Origin: Patescibacteria group bacterium
Lineage (GTDB): Bacteria; Patescibacteriota; Minisyncoccia; Phycocordibacterales; PALSA-1337
Assembly: GCA_018971685.1 (NCBI GenBank)
Contig: JAGXAG010000003.1
Span: 24,366 to 88,365 of the forward strand
DNA: 64,000 nt
Reading direction: 5' to 3'
Both the position numbers and the translations under genes were made by a program. How positions within the stretch are numbered: position 1 is the stretch's first letter; every line of letters starts with the position of its first letter. Shown one piece after another: positions 31,894 to 41,891 of the stretch. Below the pieces are notes generated by a model. It saw only the letters and a list, made by a program, of their open reading frames with translations. It did no database searches and was not told the origin of the DNA.

Positions 31894-33081
31894 CTACGGC
31901 AAGAACTGCTTGACCCAGTCGGAGGCTCGGCGCCATATGCGGCGGAGAAGGGAATTGAGAGTAGTCTCCAAATTGTCCGGTTCTTCGCCGGCGTGCAAAC
32001 CCCAAATACACAGGCCGTAAGCTACCGCCCAGGTCGCGTCTTTGAAGGAAGATTTGCCGTCGATCATGCCTAAAGTGCCGATGCGCGAAGGCAGTTTGAG
32101 CGCAGCGCGCGCCAAAGCGTCGATTGACGAGAGCGCAGAACCACCGCCGGTGATGACGATACCGGCCGGTAGAAGGCCGTTCCGGCCTATTTTTTTCAGA
32201 TGCGCTTCGATGAGTTCGAAGATGTCAGAAAGCCGCGCGGCTACGATCTCGTCCAGTTTTTTCCGCGGGAAAGAACTGCCGGTAATGGCGCCAACTTTTA
32301 TTTGCTCAGCTTCTTCCAGGGGCACCTTGAGGCCGAGCGCGATATCATTGGTGATGTCCGTCGAGCCTATGGGGAAGACTTCGAGCGAAGTCGGGATATT
32401 GTTTTCAAAAACCGCTATAGAGGCTGTTTCGGCGCCGATGTTGGCAAGTACGCAGCCGGCGACTTTTTGCGCTTTGGACAATGTCACAAACCCGGCTACT
32501 ACCGGCGAAGCCATGACGTCCTCAACCTCAACGCCCGCCTCATTTACGGCTTGGATCAAATCAGCAACATGGTGATCAAGGCAGGTTACTAAAAGCATTT
32601 TCAATTCTAATTTGTTGCCCCTCATGCCTTCGAGACGGCCGAGCGCCGGGTTGCCGTCTATTTTGTATTGCAAAGGAATGGCGTAGATAATCTTACGGTT
32701 GGCGATAGCGGTGCGGGGCATATCATTCTCGCATTGTTCACGGAGCTTCTTGACATCTGCCGCACCGATTTCAGCGTCTGCACGCGAAGTCATGACTGTG
32801 CTAGAGACTATAGTACTAGTCAGGCCTATGCCGCCTACGCCTAGGAACGCTTTCTTGATCTTGACGCCAGCTTTTTCTTCGGCTATTTTGACCGCTTTTT
32901 CAACACTGCGAGTCACATCGTCTATGTTAGTGACATAGCCGTGTCGCAGTCCGCGCGATTCGGCATGGCCGACACTGATTATTTTCGGATAACCTTTCTC
33001 ATTTTTGTCTTTGGTGCTAGCGATGACGACCTTGGTATGGTAGGTGCCGACATCGATACCGGTGATGAAGTTGCGCGCCAT
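31894..33081 (-). CDS. ftsA: Cell division protein FtsA
   Basis: GIDVGT, GLRHG.V, NIGAET, ITNDIA, TGGGS; adjacent to ftsZ. Confidence 0.93.
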   Translation of the reverse strand: MARNFITGIDVGTYHTKVVIASTKDKNEKGYPKIISVGHAESRGLRHGYVTNIDDVTRSVEKAVKIAEEKAGVKIKKAFLGVGGIGLTSTIVSSTVMTSRADAEIGAADVKKLREQCENDMPRTAIANRKIIYAIPLQYKIDGNPALGRLEGMRGNKLELKMLLVTCLDHHVADLIQAVNEAGVEVEDVMASPVVAGFVTLSKAQKVAGCVLANIGAETASIAVFENNIPTSLEVFPIGSTDITNDIALGLKVPLEEAEQIKVGAITGSSFPRKKLDEIVAARLSDIFELIEAHLKKIGRNGLLPAGIVITGGGSALSSIDALARAALKLPSRIGTLGMIDGKSSFKDATWAVAYGLCIWGLHAGEEPDNLETTLNSLLRRIWRRASDWVKQFLP

Positions 33082-33443
33082 ATTTTGCATTCGAATGATT
33101 CCATTCTAGCCCCGTGACGATAACCTTTCAAGTGTGCACAGCCGTGAATGAAAAGTTGTATGAAAAAATCTCGGTAATTTTTTCCGAAAAGCCTGGCTTG
33201 CCGTCGCGTCTCGGACGGGCAAAGATAAATTTCTCCTTGGCGTTCGGAAAGAGGAAAACTCAATATGTCGGTTGTTTTATTCAGGTTTCGATATTCGAGA
33301 TTGAATTTTTTTAGCGTGGCGGATCCGGTGACGACTAGAGTTAATTCATAACCCTTGCCCAAAACGAGCTCTTTTATTTTTTCAAGAACAGATCTCGCGA
33401 CAGGCAACACGGACAAGGTCTCGTTTGTTACCGATAAGTTCAT
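32979..33443 (-). CDS. ybeY: rRNA maturation endonuclease YbeY
   Basis: YR...KTTDILSFP, GEIYLC, HGCAHLKGYRH; 3' end overlaps ftsA. Confidence 0.88.
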   Translation of the reverse strand: MNLSVTNETLSVLPVARSVLEKIKELVLGKGYELTLVVTGSATLKKFNLEYRNLNKTTDILSFPLSERQGEIYLCPSETRRQARLFGKNYRDFFIQLFIHGCAHLKGYRHGARMESFECKIWRATSSPVSMSAPTIPRSSSLAPKTKMRKVIRK

Positions 33444-33456
33444 TTTGGCTCGTCAG

Positions 33457-33708
33457 TTATTTCTTGTGGCCGCGGACGGCCTTTACCGGCGCTTTGCCGA
33501 GCTTGATCAGTTCGGCCATATGTGCGGTTCTGACGAGTCGTTTCAATGCTTTTTGTTTGATCTTATAAGATGATTGCTTGCGTCCGGAATAACGCAGGCC
33601 TCTCATTCTCGGTATTATACCGGCGCTCTGTACTTTCCTGCTGAATCTACGCAAAGCGCCGACACTGTTTTCGTTTGGATTCCGGATGATCTCTATATTT
33701 GTTGACAT
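33457..33708 (-). CDS. rpsU: 30S ribosomal protein bS21
   Basis: NENS..ALRRF.RKVQ.AG, basic C-terminus. Confidence 0.75.
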   Translation of the reverse strand: MSTNIEIIRNPNENSVGALRRFSRKVQSAGIIPRMRGLRYSGRKQSSYKIKQKALKRLVRTAHMAELIKLGKAPVKAVRGHKK

Positions 33709-33793
33709 GAAAGTAATATTAACACATCGGTTGTTTTAAGGCAATTGGTCGCGAAAATTTGCAAAAAAACCAATTTGATATTACAATCATGCC

Positions 33794-34453
33794 ATGAATC
33801 ACGCTGGCGCAGTTGAAAATGCTAAAAATGCGCAAAACACCGCGCCTGCGCAAACCAAAGATACAGATACGGGACAAGATGAGAAAGAGATATTGAAGGG
33901 ACAATCGAAAGGGTGGCAAACTCTCCGGGAATGGGCGCAGACAATCATCATCGCTCTTATAATAGCTTTGCCGATACGTTACTTTGTGGCAGAACCGTTC
34001 ATTGTCTCTGGCGCTTCTATGGATCCCACTTTTGCTTCCGGGCAATTTCTGGTAGTCGACAGGCTATCGTACAGATTCGAAAAGCCGCAAAGGGACGCGG
34101 TTATAGTATTTGAATTTCCCAACAATCCAAGCGTGTACTATATCAAGCGCATCATCGGTCTACCCGGCGAAACTCTAAAGATAAACGACGGAAAGATTAC
34201 TGTCATAAATGCTGCTCATCCCGACGGGCTTATTCTCGATGAGCCTTTCGTATCGCCTGCGCACGCTTCGCACGACACAGAAACCGTTACATTGGGACAG
34301 GGCCAGTATTTTGTCATGGGCGACAATCGCGCCCAGAGTTCAGATTCCAGGGCGTGGGGGAATTTAGACGCAAAATACATAGTTGGCAGACCGATTTTGC
34401 GACTTTTACCATTGAATAAATTGGCAATTTGGCCCGGCGATTATGAAAAATAA
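33794..34453 (+). CDS. lepB: Signal peptidase I
   Basis: SGASMDPT, YIKRIIGLPGE, FVMGDNR..SSDSR.WG. Confidence 0.95.
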   Translation: MNHAGAVENAKNAQNTAPAQTKDTDTGQDEKEILKGQSKGWQTLREWAQTIIIALIIALPIRYFVAEPFIVSGASMDPTFASGQFLVVDRLSYRFEKPQRDAVIVFEFPNNPSVYYIKRIIGLPGETLKINDGKITVINAAHPDGLILDEPFVSPAHASHDTETVTLGQGQYFVMGDNRAQSSDSRAWGNLDAKYIVGRPILRLLPLNKLAIWPGDYEK

Positions 34454-35681
34454 AGAATCAAAATTTATAAAATACGATCATCTGGACAAGATCGGTGAAA
34501 TTGCTGTTTACTACGGCTTTACTCCAACTAAGAGTCCGGTTGTGACCAAAGAAGACTTAGAAACGGCCAAGAGTGTGCTTGAGGGCGATTCGATAGACGA
34601 TGAGACTGATAATCACGGCCGACTACCTTTGCGCGTCGAAGAAAAAATAGCTCTTTTACGGACTTATCATGAAGAAAACATGCAGGCGTTGCCTCAGCCT
34701 GTTATGCTCTATTTCAAAGATCCGTGCCGCGGTACCTTCAGGTCGGCTTCGGGCAAGAAGCCGTTGCGCCGTTATGCAGACATGGAGATTCTCGGCAATT
34801 CCGGTGCTATTGCTGAAGCCACGCTTATTCAAGCGGCGCGTACCATGCTGGCTGAAGACGGTTATGACAAAACACTTGTTGAAGTTAACAGTGTAGGCGA
34901 TCGTGATTCGTTGTCGAAATTTTCACGCGAATTAAGCACTTATTACCGAAAACATTTGAATGATATGCCAGCTGAATGCAGGCAGCTTTTCAAAGATGAT
35001 CAATTTGACCTACTATCTTCAGCTTCCGATGCGTGTAAATCGTTGAATGAACAAGCGCCAAAGTCATTGGATTTTTTGTCTGAAGCAAGCCGCCGGCATC
35101 TGGAAGAATTGTTGGAATATTTCGAAACTCTTGGTATCCCTTATACAATCAACAATATGTTGGTTGGCAATAAGAAGTATTGCACAGAAACCATTTTTAC
35201 CATTGTGGGCGCGCAAGCCGAAGACCGCGCCAAACCAGAGCGCATCTTGGCTGTGGGGGTACGCTATAACGGCCTGGCCAAGCGCGTGTCAATGAAACGA
35301 GACTTGCAGGCTGTCGGCATTTCTATTTTGGCTAAAGGCAATGATCAGTCCTTGCGCGGGCCTCTGACGAAAGTAAAGCGGCCTGTCGCTTCGTTCGTCC
35401 AGTTGGGTGCGGAGTCGAAATTGCTTTCGCTTGACATTGTGGAAAAGCTACGCAAAGCGAAAATACCGTTATATTTGTCACTTGCCAAAGACCGTTTAGG
35501 CGCTCAGGTCTCTACGGTTGAACGCTTGCACGCGCCGTACTCAATTATTGTAGGCAAGAAAGAGGCCGTCGAACGCACGGCTATCGTGCGCCACTCAGAT
35601 ACACATGCCCAAGCAATCGTGCCGATAGACGAATTATCTCAATACATGAAAAAGATCGAAGCTGATTACTGGGCGAAATAA
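34443..35681 (+). CDS. HisRS-like paralogue with degenerate active site and retained anticodon-binding domain
   Basis: Colinear with HisS (YYGF, LRVE, DMEILG, EVNSVG, LGIPY..N..LV, GVRYNGL, IIVGKKE) but catalytic motifs altered. Confidence 0.8.
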   Translation: MKNKESKFIKYDHLDKIGEIAVYYGFTPTKSPVVTKEDLETAKSVLEGDSIDDETDNHGRLPLRVEEKIALLRTYHEENMQALPQPVMLYFKDPCRGTFRSASGKKPLRRYADMEILGNSGAIAEATLIQAARTMLAEDGYDKTLVEVNSVGDRDSLSKFSRELSTYYRKHLNDMPAECRQLFKDDQFDLLSSASDACKSLNEQAPKSLDFLSEASRRHLEELLEYFETLGIPYTINNMLVGNKKYCTETIFTIVGAQAEDRAKPERILAVGVRYNGLAKRVSMKRDLQAVGISILAKGNDQSLRGPLTKVKRPVASFVQLGAESKLLSLDIVEKLRKAKIPLYLSLAKDRLGAQVSTVERLHAPYSIIVGKKEAVERTAIVRHSDTHAQAIVPIDELSQYMKKIEADYWAK

Positions 35682-35722
35682 TTACCATCGCGCATTCTCA
35701 ACTATTCAATTATAATCTTATT

Positions 35723-36316
35723 ATGTCATATGTTTTAATGGGTTTGGGAAATCCCGGAGAAGAATATGAAGGCGCTCGGCATAATACCGGCCGTTTTGTG
35801 GTAGATCGCGCTCGCGATAGATTCGGCGGCGAATTCAAAGAAGACAAAAAAATAAACGCTTTGATGTCGAAGGGTAAAATAGGAAAAGAAGTGGTAATAT
35901 TCGCAGCGCCTAATACCTTCATGAACAAATCGGGAACCGCCGCGGTGAAATTGGTCAAGAGTAAAAAGGCGGCCGAAAGGCTGATCGTCATTTACGACGA
36001 CTTTAGTCTGCCTCTCGGCCGAATCAAGATATCTTTCAACCGTTCGTCCGGTGGCCACAACGGGTTGGAATCTGTCATCAAAGCGCTCAAGACTGAAGCG
36101 TTCGTCCGAATTCGCGTAGGCATAGCGCCCGAGACAGCCAAGGGTTTAGCCAAAGCGCCTCACGGCGATGACAAAATCATCCGTTTCATCTTGGGCAAAT
36201 ACAAGCCAGACGAATTGAAAATTTTGAACAAAATCGCAAAGGAAGCGGTCGAAGCGGTCGAAACCATAGTCAAATACGGCAAAGAAAAAGCCATGAGCGT
36301 CTACAATACCCGATAG
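35723..36316 (+). CDS. pth: Peptidyl-tRNA hydrolase
   Basis: GLGNPG, RHNTG, TFMNKSG, YDD, GGHNG, RIRVGI. Confidence 0.95.
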   Translation: MSYVLMGLGNPGEEYEGARHNTGRFVVDRARDRFGGEFKEDKKINALMSKGKIGKEVVIFAAPNTFMNKSGTAAVKLVKSKKAAERLIVIYDDFSLPLGRIKISFNRSSGGHNGLESVIKALKTEAFVRIRVGIAPETAKGLAKAPHGDDKIIRFILGKYKPDELKILNKIAKEAVEAVETIVKYGKEKAMSVYNTR

Positions 36317-36337
36317 TATCGGCGATAGATCACCGTC

Positions 36338-37495
36338 TTATTTTGTGCCTGCGAATGACAATGCCATTTTTTGTTCTTTGGGATCAAACAAGGAGATCTT
36401 GAAATCATAAGTCTTGCCGAGTTCCAACATTTTGTGCAGTTTTTCTTCGTTGCCGAATTCGGATATATGAACCAATCCCGCTACGCCTTCCTCGACTGAA
36501 GCCAGGGCGCCGTGTTTGTTGAATTTGATGATTACGCCTGTCACGGACATGTCCTTTTTGTATTTTTTGGCCGCTTCGATCCACGGATTTGGCTTCAATT
36601 GTTTGATCGACAAGGAAATTTTGCCGTCTTTCACTTCAATAATCCTGGCTCGGATCTTCTGTCCGACCTTGACGAAATTATTTGGATTGTCAACCAAACC
36701 CCAATCAATCTCTGATATGTGCACCAAACCTTCCAACCCTTCTTCAACCTTGACGAATGCGCCAAAATCGACGACGCCGGTAACTGTGCCTTCTACCTCG
36801 TCGCCGATCTCATATTTGCTTATGATTTTTTCTTTTTCTTTGATTTCGGATCCTTTTTCCGAGAATATGAGTTTGCCCTCCTTGGGATCGGCGGTGATTA
36901 TGGAGACGCCCAAACGCGTGCCGACAAGTTTTTTCAGTTCGTCCAAGATCCTGTCTTTATCACCATCGGCTATCTTGGGGTAGTGTTCCGGTTTCAATTG
37001 GGAAGCCGGCAAAAAGCCCGTTATCCCTTGCCATTCTATGAGCAAACCGCCTTTATTGGCTTCTTTGACCGGCAGATCCAAAGATTTCTTTTCTTTTATG
37101 GCAGCCTCGGCTTCGCTCCAGATAAGTGCTTGACGAGCTTCTTTCAAGGACAGCTCGTAATATCCTTCTTTATGGGTATTATCAACAATCTTGGCGGCTA
37201 TGATATCGCCTATGTTTATCTTTTTTATTATATCGCGTGCGGACAGAAATTCTCTGCCGTAAATGATGCCGGTGCCAAAAGGCGCCATGTCGATGAAAAC
37301 CGACGACTTTTCCACAGCCATGACCGGACCCTCAACCATATCGCCGACGATTGGCGGGTTTTTCATTTTGGCTACCATTTCGCCCATGACGGTCGCCTTT
37401 TTCTCTTCAGACAGGCGCATGGGCTTATCCTTAGCTTCTATTTTGTTTGTTTCTTCGCCTGAATAGCTCTTCTTCTCTTTTAATGGTTTTAACAT
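36338..37495 (-). CDS. rpsA: 30S ribosomal protein S1 (four S1 domains)
   Basis: NKGGL, GFLPASQL, DFGAFV..GLEGLVHISE, ISLSIKQL. Confidence 0.93.
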   Translation of the reverse strand: MLKPLKEKKSYSGEETNKIEAKDKPMRLSEEKKATVMGEMVAKMKNPPIVGDMVEGPVMAVEKSSVFIDMAPFGTGIIYGREFLSARDIIKKINIGDIIAAKIVDNTHKEGYYELSLKEARQALIWSEAEAAIKEKKSLDLPVKEANKGGLLIEWQGITGFLPASQLKPEHYPKIADGDKDRILDELKKLVGTRLGVSIITADPKEGKLIFSEKGSEIKEKEKIISKYEIGDEVEGTVTGVVDFGAFVKVEEGLEGLVHISEIDWGLVDNPNNFVKVGQKIRARIIEVKDGKISLSIKQLKPNPWIEAAKKYKKDMSVTGVIIKFNKHGALASVEEGVAGLVHISEFGNEEKLHKMLELGKTYDFKISLFDPKEQKMALSFAGTK

Positions 37496-37685
37496 TTATT
37501 TTCCGCCGTAAGACGGAGCGCTCCGCTTTTTAAACTATTAATAACTATTGCGGGATGACGCGTTGCTGATTAAAACGGCGTTCGCCGTCTGGTTACAAGC
37601 TAACACAGTGCATTTATTTTGTCCAAATTTATCGGCATGACGAGTTTCTTGATGAAATTTTTCGAGATTGTGCTATATTAAAGCC

Positions 37686-38330
37686 ATGATAATAACCTAT
37701 CTAGGCGGAGAATCCGTTAAGGTGCAATTTGGCGACACGATACTGGCATTCAACCCGATATCGAAAGATTCGTTTTTGAAACATAACAAATTCGGCGCCG
37801 ATATCGTGCTTTCCGGCCTGAACCACAAAGATATGAACGGAGTCGATCAGGTTACATTCGGCGACAAAAAACCATTTGTAATCAATGGACCGGGCGAATA
37901 TGAAGTCGGAGGAGTTTTCATCAAAGGTTTCCAATCCGAATCAAATTATGACAAGGAGAGGCGCATAAACACAATGTTTTCTGTAACCCTCGAAGGCATG
38001 AATATATGTTTTCTAGGGGCGATCAACCAGATAGAATTGCCGAAAGAGGCTGATGAAGCTATCGATTGCGTGGATGTGTTATTGGTGCCCATAGGCGGCG
38101 ACGGCGTACTCGATGCCCAAAAAGCATACAAATTGGCCGTTGAAATAGGTCCAAAAGTCATTATACCGATGCATTACGGAGATATTGAGAAAAACCCCGC
38201 GGCCGGCGGAGCCTTGAAGTTATTCACCAAGGAAGCTGGCGAAAATCCGGCGCCGGTGTCAAAATTGACGATAAAGAGAAAAGACCTGGAAGGGAAGGAG
38301 GCGGAAGTAGTGATTCTCGAGAAAGAGTGA
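37686..38330 (+). CDS. MBL-fold protein (Lactamase_B_3-like, degenerate metal motif)
   Basis: ITYLG, ADIVL, GPGEYEV.G, DVLLVPIGG, PKVIIPMHY. Confidence 0.85.
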   Translation: MIITYLGGESVKVQFGDTILAFNPISKDSFLKHNKFGADIVLSGLNHKDMNGVDQVTFGDKKPFVINGPGEYEVGGVFIKGFQSESNYDKERRINTMFSVTLEGMNICFLGAINQIELPKEADEAIDCVDVLLVPIGGDGVLDAQKAYKLAVEIGPKVIIPMHYGDIEKNPAAGGALKLFTKEAGENPAPVSKLTIKRKDLEGKEAEVVILEKE

Positions 38331-38334
38331 ATTT

Positions 38335-38399
38335 AGTTTACAGTTTACAATGAAAAATTATTAATTTCACTAATAACTTATCATTGTAAACTGTAAACT
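38335..38399. repeat. 19-bp inverted repeat built from GTTTACA heptamers
   Basis: AGTTTACAGTTTACAATGA (38335-38353) / TCATTGTAAACTGTAAACT (38381-38399). Confidence 0.8.
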
Positions 38400-38407
38400 T
38401 TAATACT

Positions 38408-38707
38408 ATGAGCTTTCAATCATACCTAGATAACTTGCGAGAAAAACCGGAACACATCCGGCGCCACTATGCATTCTGGACATCATTAGGCGTAACCGCA
38501 ACTATATTCGCTTTTTGGCTTGCTTCTTTTACAACCTTAGGAAATTCGACCAAGGACGCCGTGGCGAGAGTGGTCAACAACACAGAAACTCCGGCGCAGT
38601 CTCTGGTAGCGTCGGTCGGCGCGTTTTTCGGCGATATCAAAGATATGGTTTTCGGTCCAAAGAAGATCAACTACTCGACTGTCGAAGTTTCACCCGGCGA
38701 GCGTTAG
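38408..38707 (+). CDS. Hypothetical single-TM protein
   Basis: LREKPEHIRR + TM helix. Confidence 0.75.
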   Translation: MSFQSYLDNLREKPEHIRRHYAFWTSLGVTATIFAFWLASFTTLGNSTKDAVARVVNNTETPAQSLVASVGAFFGDIKDMVFGPKKINYSTVEVSPGER

Positions 38708-38773
38708 CGGCGCATACGAAAAGCGCGCGAAATGACATTTGCTGCGCTTTTTGCTATAATGTAAATAACTGAA

Positions 38774-41260
38774 ATGGCAAAAAAGAACGAAAAAAACGCG
38801 CCGGAAAATGGCAAAAACACGGCGGAACCGGCGGTTGACGCGGGCGTTTTGCAGCAACCGATAGCGGAAGAAATGCGCCGGTCATTCCTGGACTATGCCA
38901 TGTCCGTGATTACCGACCGCGCTTTGCCCGATGTGCGTGATGGTTTGAAGCCGGTGCACCGCAGGATCTTGTATGCCATGCATGAAAAAGGCCTTACCGC
39001 CGCCGCCAAATTCCGCAAATCGGCCGTGGTAGTCGGCGATGTGCTCGGCAATTATCACCCACACAGCGATGCCGCCGTTTACGATTCGATGGTCAAAATG
39101 GCCCAAGAATTTAGCATGCGCTATCCGCTGGTGCAAGGTCAAGGAAACTTCGGCACCATCGACGGCGACAGCGCCGCCGCCATGCGTTATACCGAAGCCA
39201 GAATGTCCAAGATTGCCGCCGAACTTTTGAAAGATATAGACAAAGACACCGTCGATTTTCGCCCCAATTACGACGGCACCAAGAAAGAGCCGATCGTCTT
39301 GCCGACTTCGGTGCCAAACCTGCTCTTGAACGGCACGCTCGGCATTGCAGTCGGCATGGCGACCAACATTGCGCCGCATAACCTGAATGAAATCGCCGAC
39401 GCGGCTATCCATCTAGTCGACAATCCCGAAGCCACAACCGAAGACCTCGTGCGGTTCGTCAAAGGTCCCGATTTCCCGACCGGCGGAGTCATGTACGGCG
39501 AGAAAGACATACATCACGCCTATGCGACCGGCCGCGGCGGCATCGTCGTGCGCGGCGAAGCGGAAATCGTCGAGGACAAAAAAGGCCAATTCCAAATCGT
39601 CATAAGTTCCATCCCTTACCGCGTGAACAAAGCGTCGCTCATAATGCGCATAGCCGATCTGGTGCGAGAAAAGACGATCGAAGGCATCAAAGCTTTGCGC
39701 GACGAATCGACCAAAGACATCCGCATCGCGATCGATCTCAAGCAGGGCTCATTCCCGGAAAAGATCCTAAACCAGCTCTACAAGCACACCCAGCTCGAAG
39801 AATCATTCCATGTCAACATGGTCGCGTTGGTCGACGGCGTGCCGCACACGCTCGGATTAAAATCGATTTTGGCGGAATTCGTCGATCACCGCGTCACCGT
39901 CATCCGCCGGCGCACGCAGTTTGACCTCAACAGAGCCGAGGAAAGAGAACACATACTTCTGGGACTGAAAAAGGCGCTCGATCACATCGACGAGATCATC
40001 ACTTTGATCCGCGCTTCCAAAGATGTCGCCGAAGCCCATGCCGGCCTGATGAAGAAGTTCAAATTCAGCGACAAGCAGGCGACCGCCATTCTGGAAATGA
40101 AATTACAAAAGCTGGCCGGGCTTGAGCGCAAGAAGGTGCTTGACGAGCTGAAACAAGTCCAGGAATTAATCGCCGAATTGAAGGAGATTTTGGGGAGCGA
40201 AAAGAAAGTCCGCGGTATCATCAAGACCGAGCTCGGCGAAGTAAAAGCCAAATACGGCGATGCACGCCGGACCAAACTGGTCAAGCACGGCGTCAAAGAA
40301 TTCAGCGCCGAAGACCTGATCGCCGACGAAGAATCCGTTTTGGTTCTCACCAAGGGTGGCTACATCAAGCGCACCGATCCCGCCGAATACAGGAAGCAAA
40401 AGCGCGGCGGCGTCGGCGTTGTCGACTTGGACACCAAGGAAGAAGACTTCATCTCGCATTTGGTCTACGCGACCACGCACAGCGACCTTTTGTTCTTCAG
40501 CGACAAAGGCAAGGCGTATCAGATCAAAATGCACGAAATCCCCGAAGGCAAGCGCGCCACCAAAGGCAAGTCGATCATGAATTTCCTTTCCCTGGCGGAA
40601 GGGGAAAGAGTGACCTCGATCTTGCCGATGCCAAAAGACAAGAAGTCCGCCGAAGGTTTGGCTTTGATGATGATCACAAAGAACGGTACCGGCAAGAAGA
40701 CTTCGGCTGGCCATTTCAAGGATGTTAGAAGGTCCGGCCTTATCGCCATCACACTCGACCAAGGCGACGAATTGATGTCGGCATCATTCGTGTCCAAGAG
40801 TGAAGAGGCGGTTATCGCGACCAAAGAAGGGCAATCAATCCGATTCAAAGAATCCGATGTGCGTGAAATGGGGCGCAATGCCGCCGGCGTTCGGGTGATC
40901 CGTCTGGGGAAGGGCGATGAAGTCATTTCCGCCGATATTGTCTCCAAAGGATCAAAAGGAGCTATGCTATTTGTCATGAGCGCCAACGGTTACGGCAAAA
41001 AGACCGAACTTTCCGAATACAAGACGCAAAAGCGCGGTGGTTCCGGCATACTGACCATGAAAGTAACCGCCAAGACAGGACCGCTCATGGCTGCCAAAGT
41101 CATCACCGAAATCGACGAGGAGATCGTTGCCATGTCCAAAAAAAGCCAGGTCATCCGCGTCGATCTGAAAGAGATTCCGGCGCTTTCCCGCGCTACCCAA
41201 GGCGTGCGCGTGATGAAGTTACGCGACGGCGACGCTCTCGCGAGCTTGATTTGTCTGTAA
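38774..41260 (+). CDS. gyrA: DNA gyrase subunit A
   Basis: [27 protein letters not shown], GyrA box QKRGGVG, pinwheel repeats; TGCTATAAT upstream. Confidence 0.97.
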   Translation: MAKKNEKNAPENGKNTAEPAVDAGVLQQPIAEEMRRSFLDYAMSVITDRALPDVRDGLKPVHRRILYAMHEKGLTAAAKFRKSAVVVGDVLGNYHPHSDAAVYDSMVKMAQEFSMRYPLVQGQGNFGTIDGDSAAAMRYTEARMSKIAAELLKDIDKDTVDFRPNYDGTKKEPIVLPTSVPNLLLNGTLGIAVGMATNIAPHNLNEIADAAIHLVDNPEATTEDLVRFVKGPDFPTGGVMYGEKDIHHAYATGRGGIVVRGEAEIVEDKKGQFQIVISSIPYRVNKASLIMRIADLVREKTIEGIKALRDESTKDIRIAIDLKQGSFPEKILNQLYKHTQLEESFHVNMVALVDGVPHTLGLKSILAEFVDHRVTVIRRRTQFDLNRAEEREHILLGLKKALDHIDEIITLIRASKDVAEAHAGLMKKFKFSDKQATAILEMKLQKLAGLERKKVLDELKQVQELIAELKEILGSEKKVRGIIKTELGEVKAKYGDARRTKLVKHGVKEFSAEDLIADEESVLVLTKGGYIKRTDPAEYRKQKRGGVGVVDLDTKEEDFISHLVYATTHSDLLFFSDKGKAYQIKMHEIPEGKRATKGKSIMNFLSLAEGERVTSILPMPKDKKSAEGLALMMITKNGTGKKTSAGHFKDVRRSGLIAITLDQGDELMSASFVSKSEEAVIATKEGQSIRFKESDVREMGRNAAGVRVIRLGKGDEVISADIVSKGSKGAMLFVMSANGYGKKTELSEYKTQKRGGSGILTMKVTAKTGPLMAAKVITEIDEEIVAMSKKSQVIRVDLKEIPALSRATQGVRVMKLRDGDALASLICL

Positions 41261-41353
41261 TAATATTAGGGAACACCGAGAACTTGCCCTGATGCTTTTA
41301 CTGTCCACAACGGCGTTATTTATTAGGCCGACAGTATGGGATATAATATATTC

Positions 41354-41869
41354 ATGTTTTCCGACCCCGCCTCAAACTTGGCGAAATTTGGCCTTACGGA
41401 AGGCATGAAAGTTGTCGATCTGGGCGCCGGTTCCGGCTTTTATGCTGTTGAGGCGGCGCGCAGAGTGGGTGCGAGCGGCAGGGTTTACGCGGTTGAAGTC
41501 CAGAAAGACCTGCTCGACAGAATCAGGTCCAACGGCGCCGCGGAAGGCCTGCACAATATCGAAGTCGTATGGGGCGACGCCGAGAAGATCGGCGGCACGA
41601 AACTGCGCGAAGCTTTGGCAGACAGGGTAATCGTGTCGAATATTCTATTCCAGGCGGAAAAGCCGGACGAATTGGCGCTGGAAGTAAAGCGGCTGTTGAA
41701 GCCCGGCGGCAAGGCGCTGGTGGTCGACTGGAGCGAACTTAGCCCGATCGGGCCCGGTAATATTTTTCCGGCGGCAAAAGCGCAAACGCTTTTCGAAAAA
41801 TCGGGATTCAAACTGGAACAGTCGTTTGGAGCGGGAGAACACCACTACGGATTGGTATTTACGAGATAA
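41354..41869 (+). CDS. Class I SAM-dependent methyltransferase
   Basis: VVDLGAGSG, VYAVE, LLKPGG..LVVDW. Confidence 0.9.
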   Translation: MFSDPASNLAKFGLTEGMKVVDLGAGSGFYAVEAARRVGASGRVYAVEVQKDLLDRIRSNGAAEGLHNIEVVWGDAEKIGGTKLREALADRVIVSNILFQAEKPDELALEVKRLLKPGGKALVVDWSELSPIGPGNIFPAAKAQTLFEKSGFKLEQSFGAGEHHYGLVFTR

Positions 41870-41891
41870 AATTTCATGCCTTAAACCAATC

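Noticed and set aside
32979-33081. ybeY/ftsA overlap of about 100 nt as a recoding signal
   Set aside because: The YbeY fold ends before the overlap; most simply a lost stop codon, with no slippery site seen.
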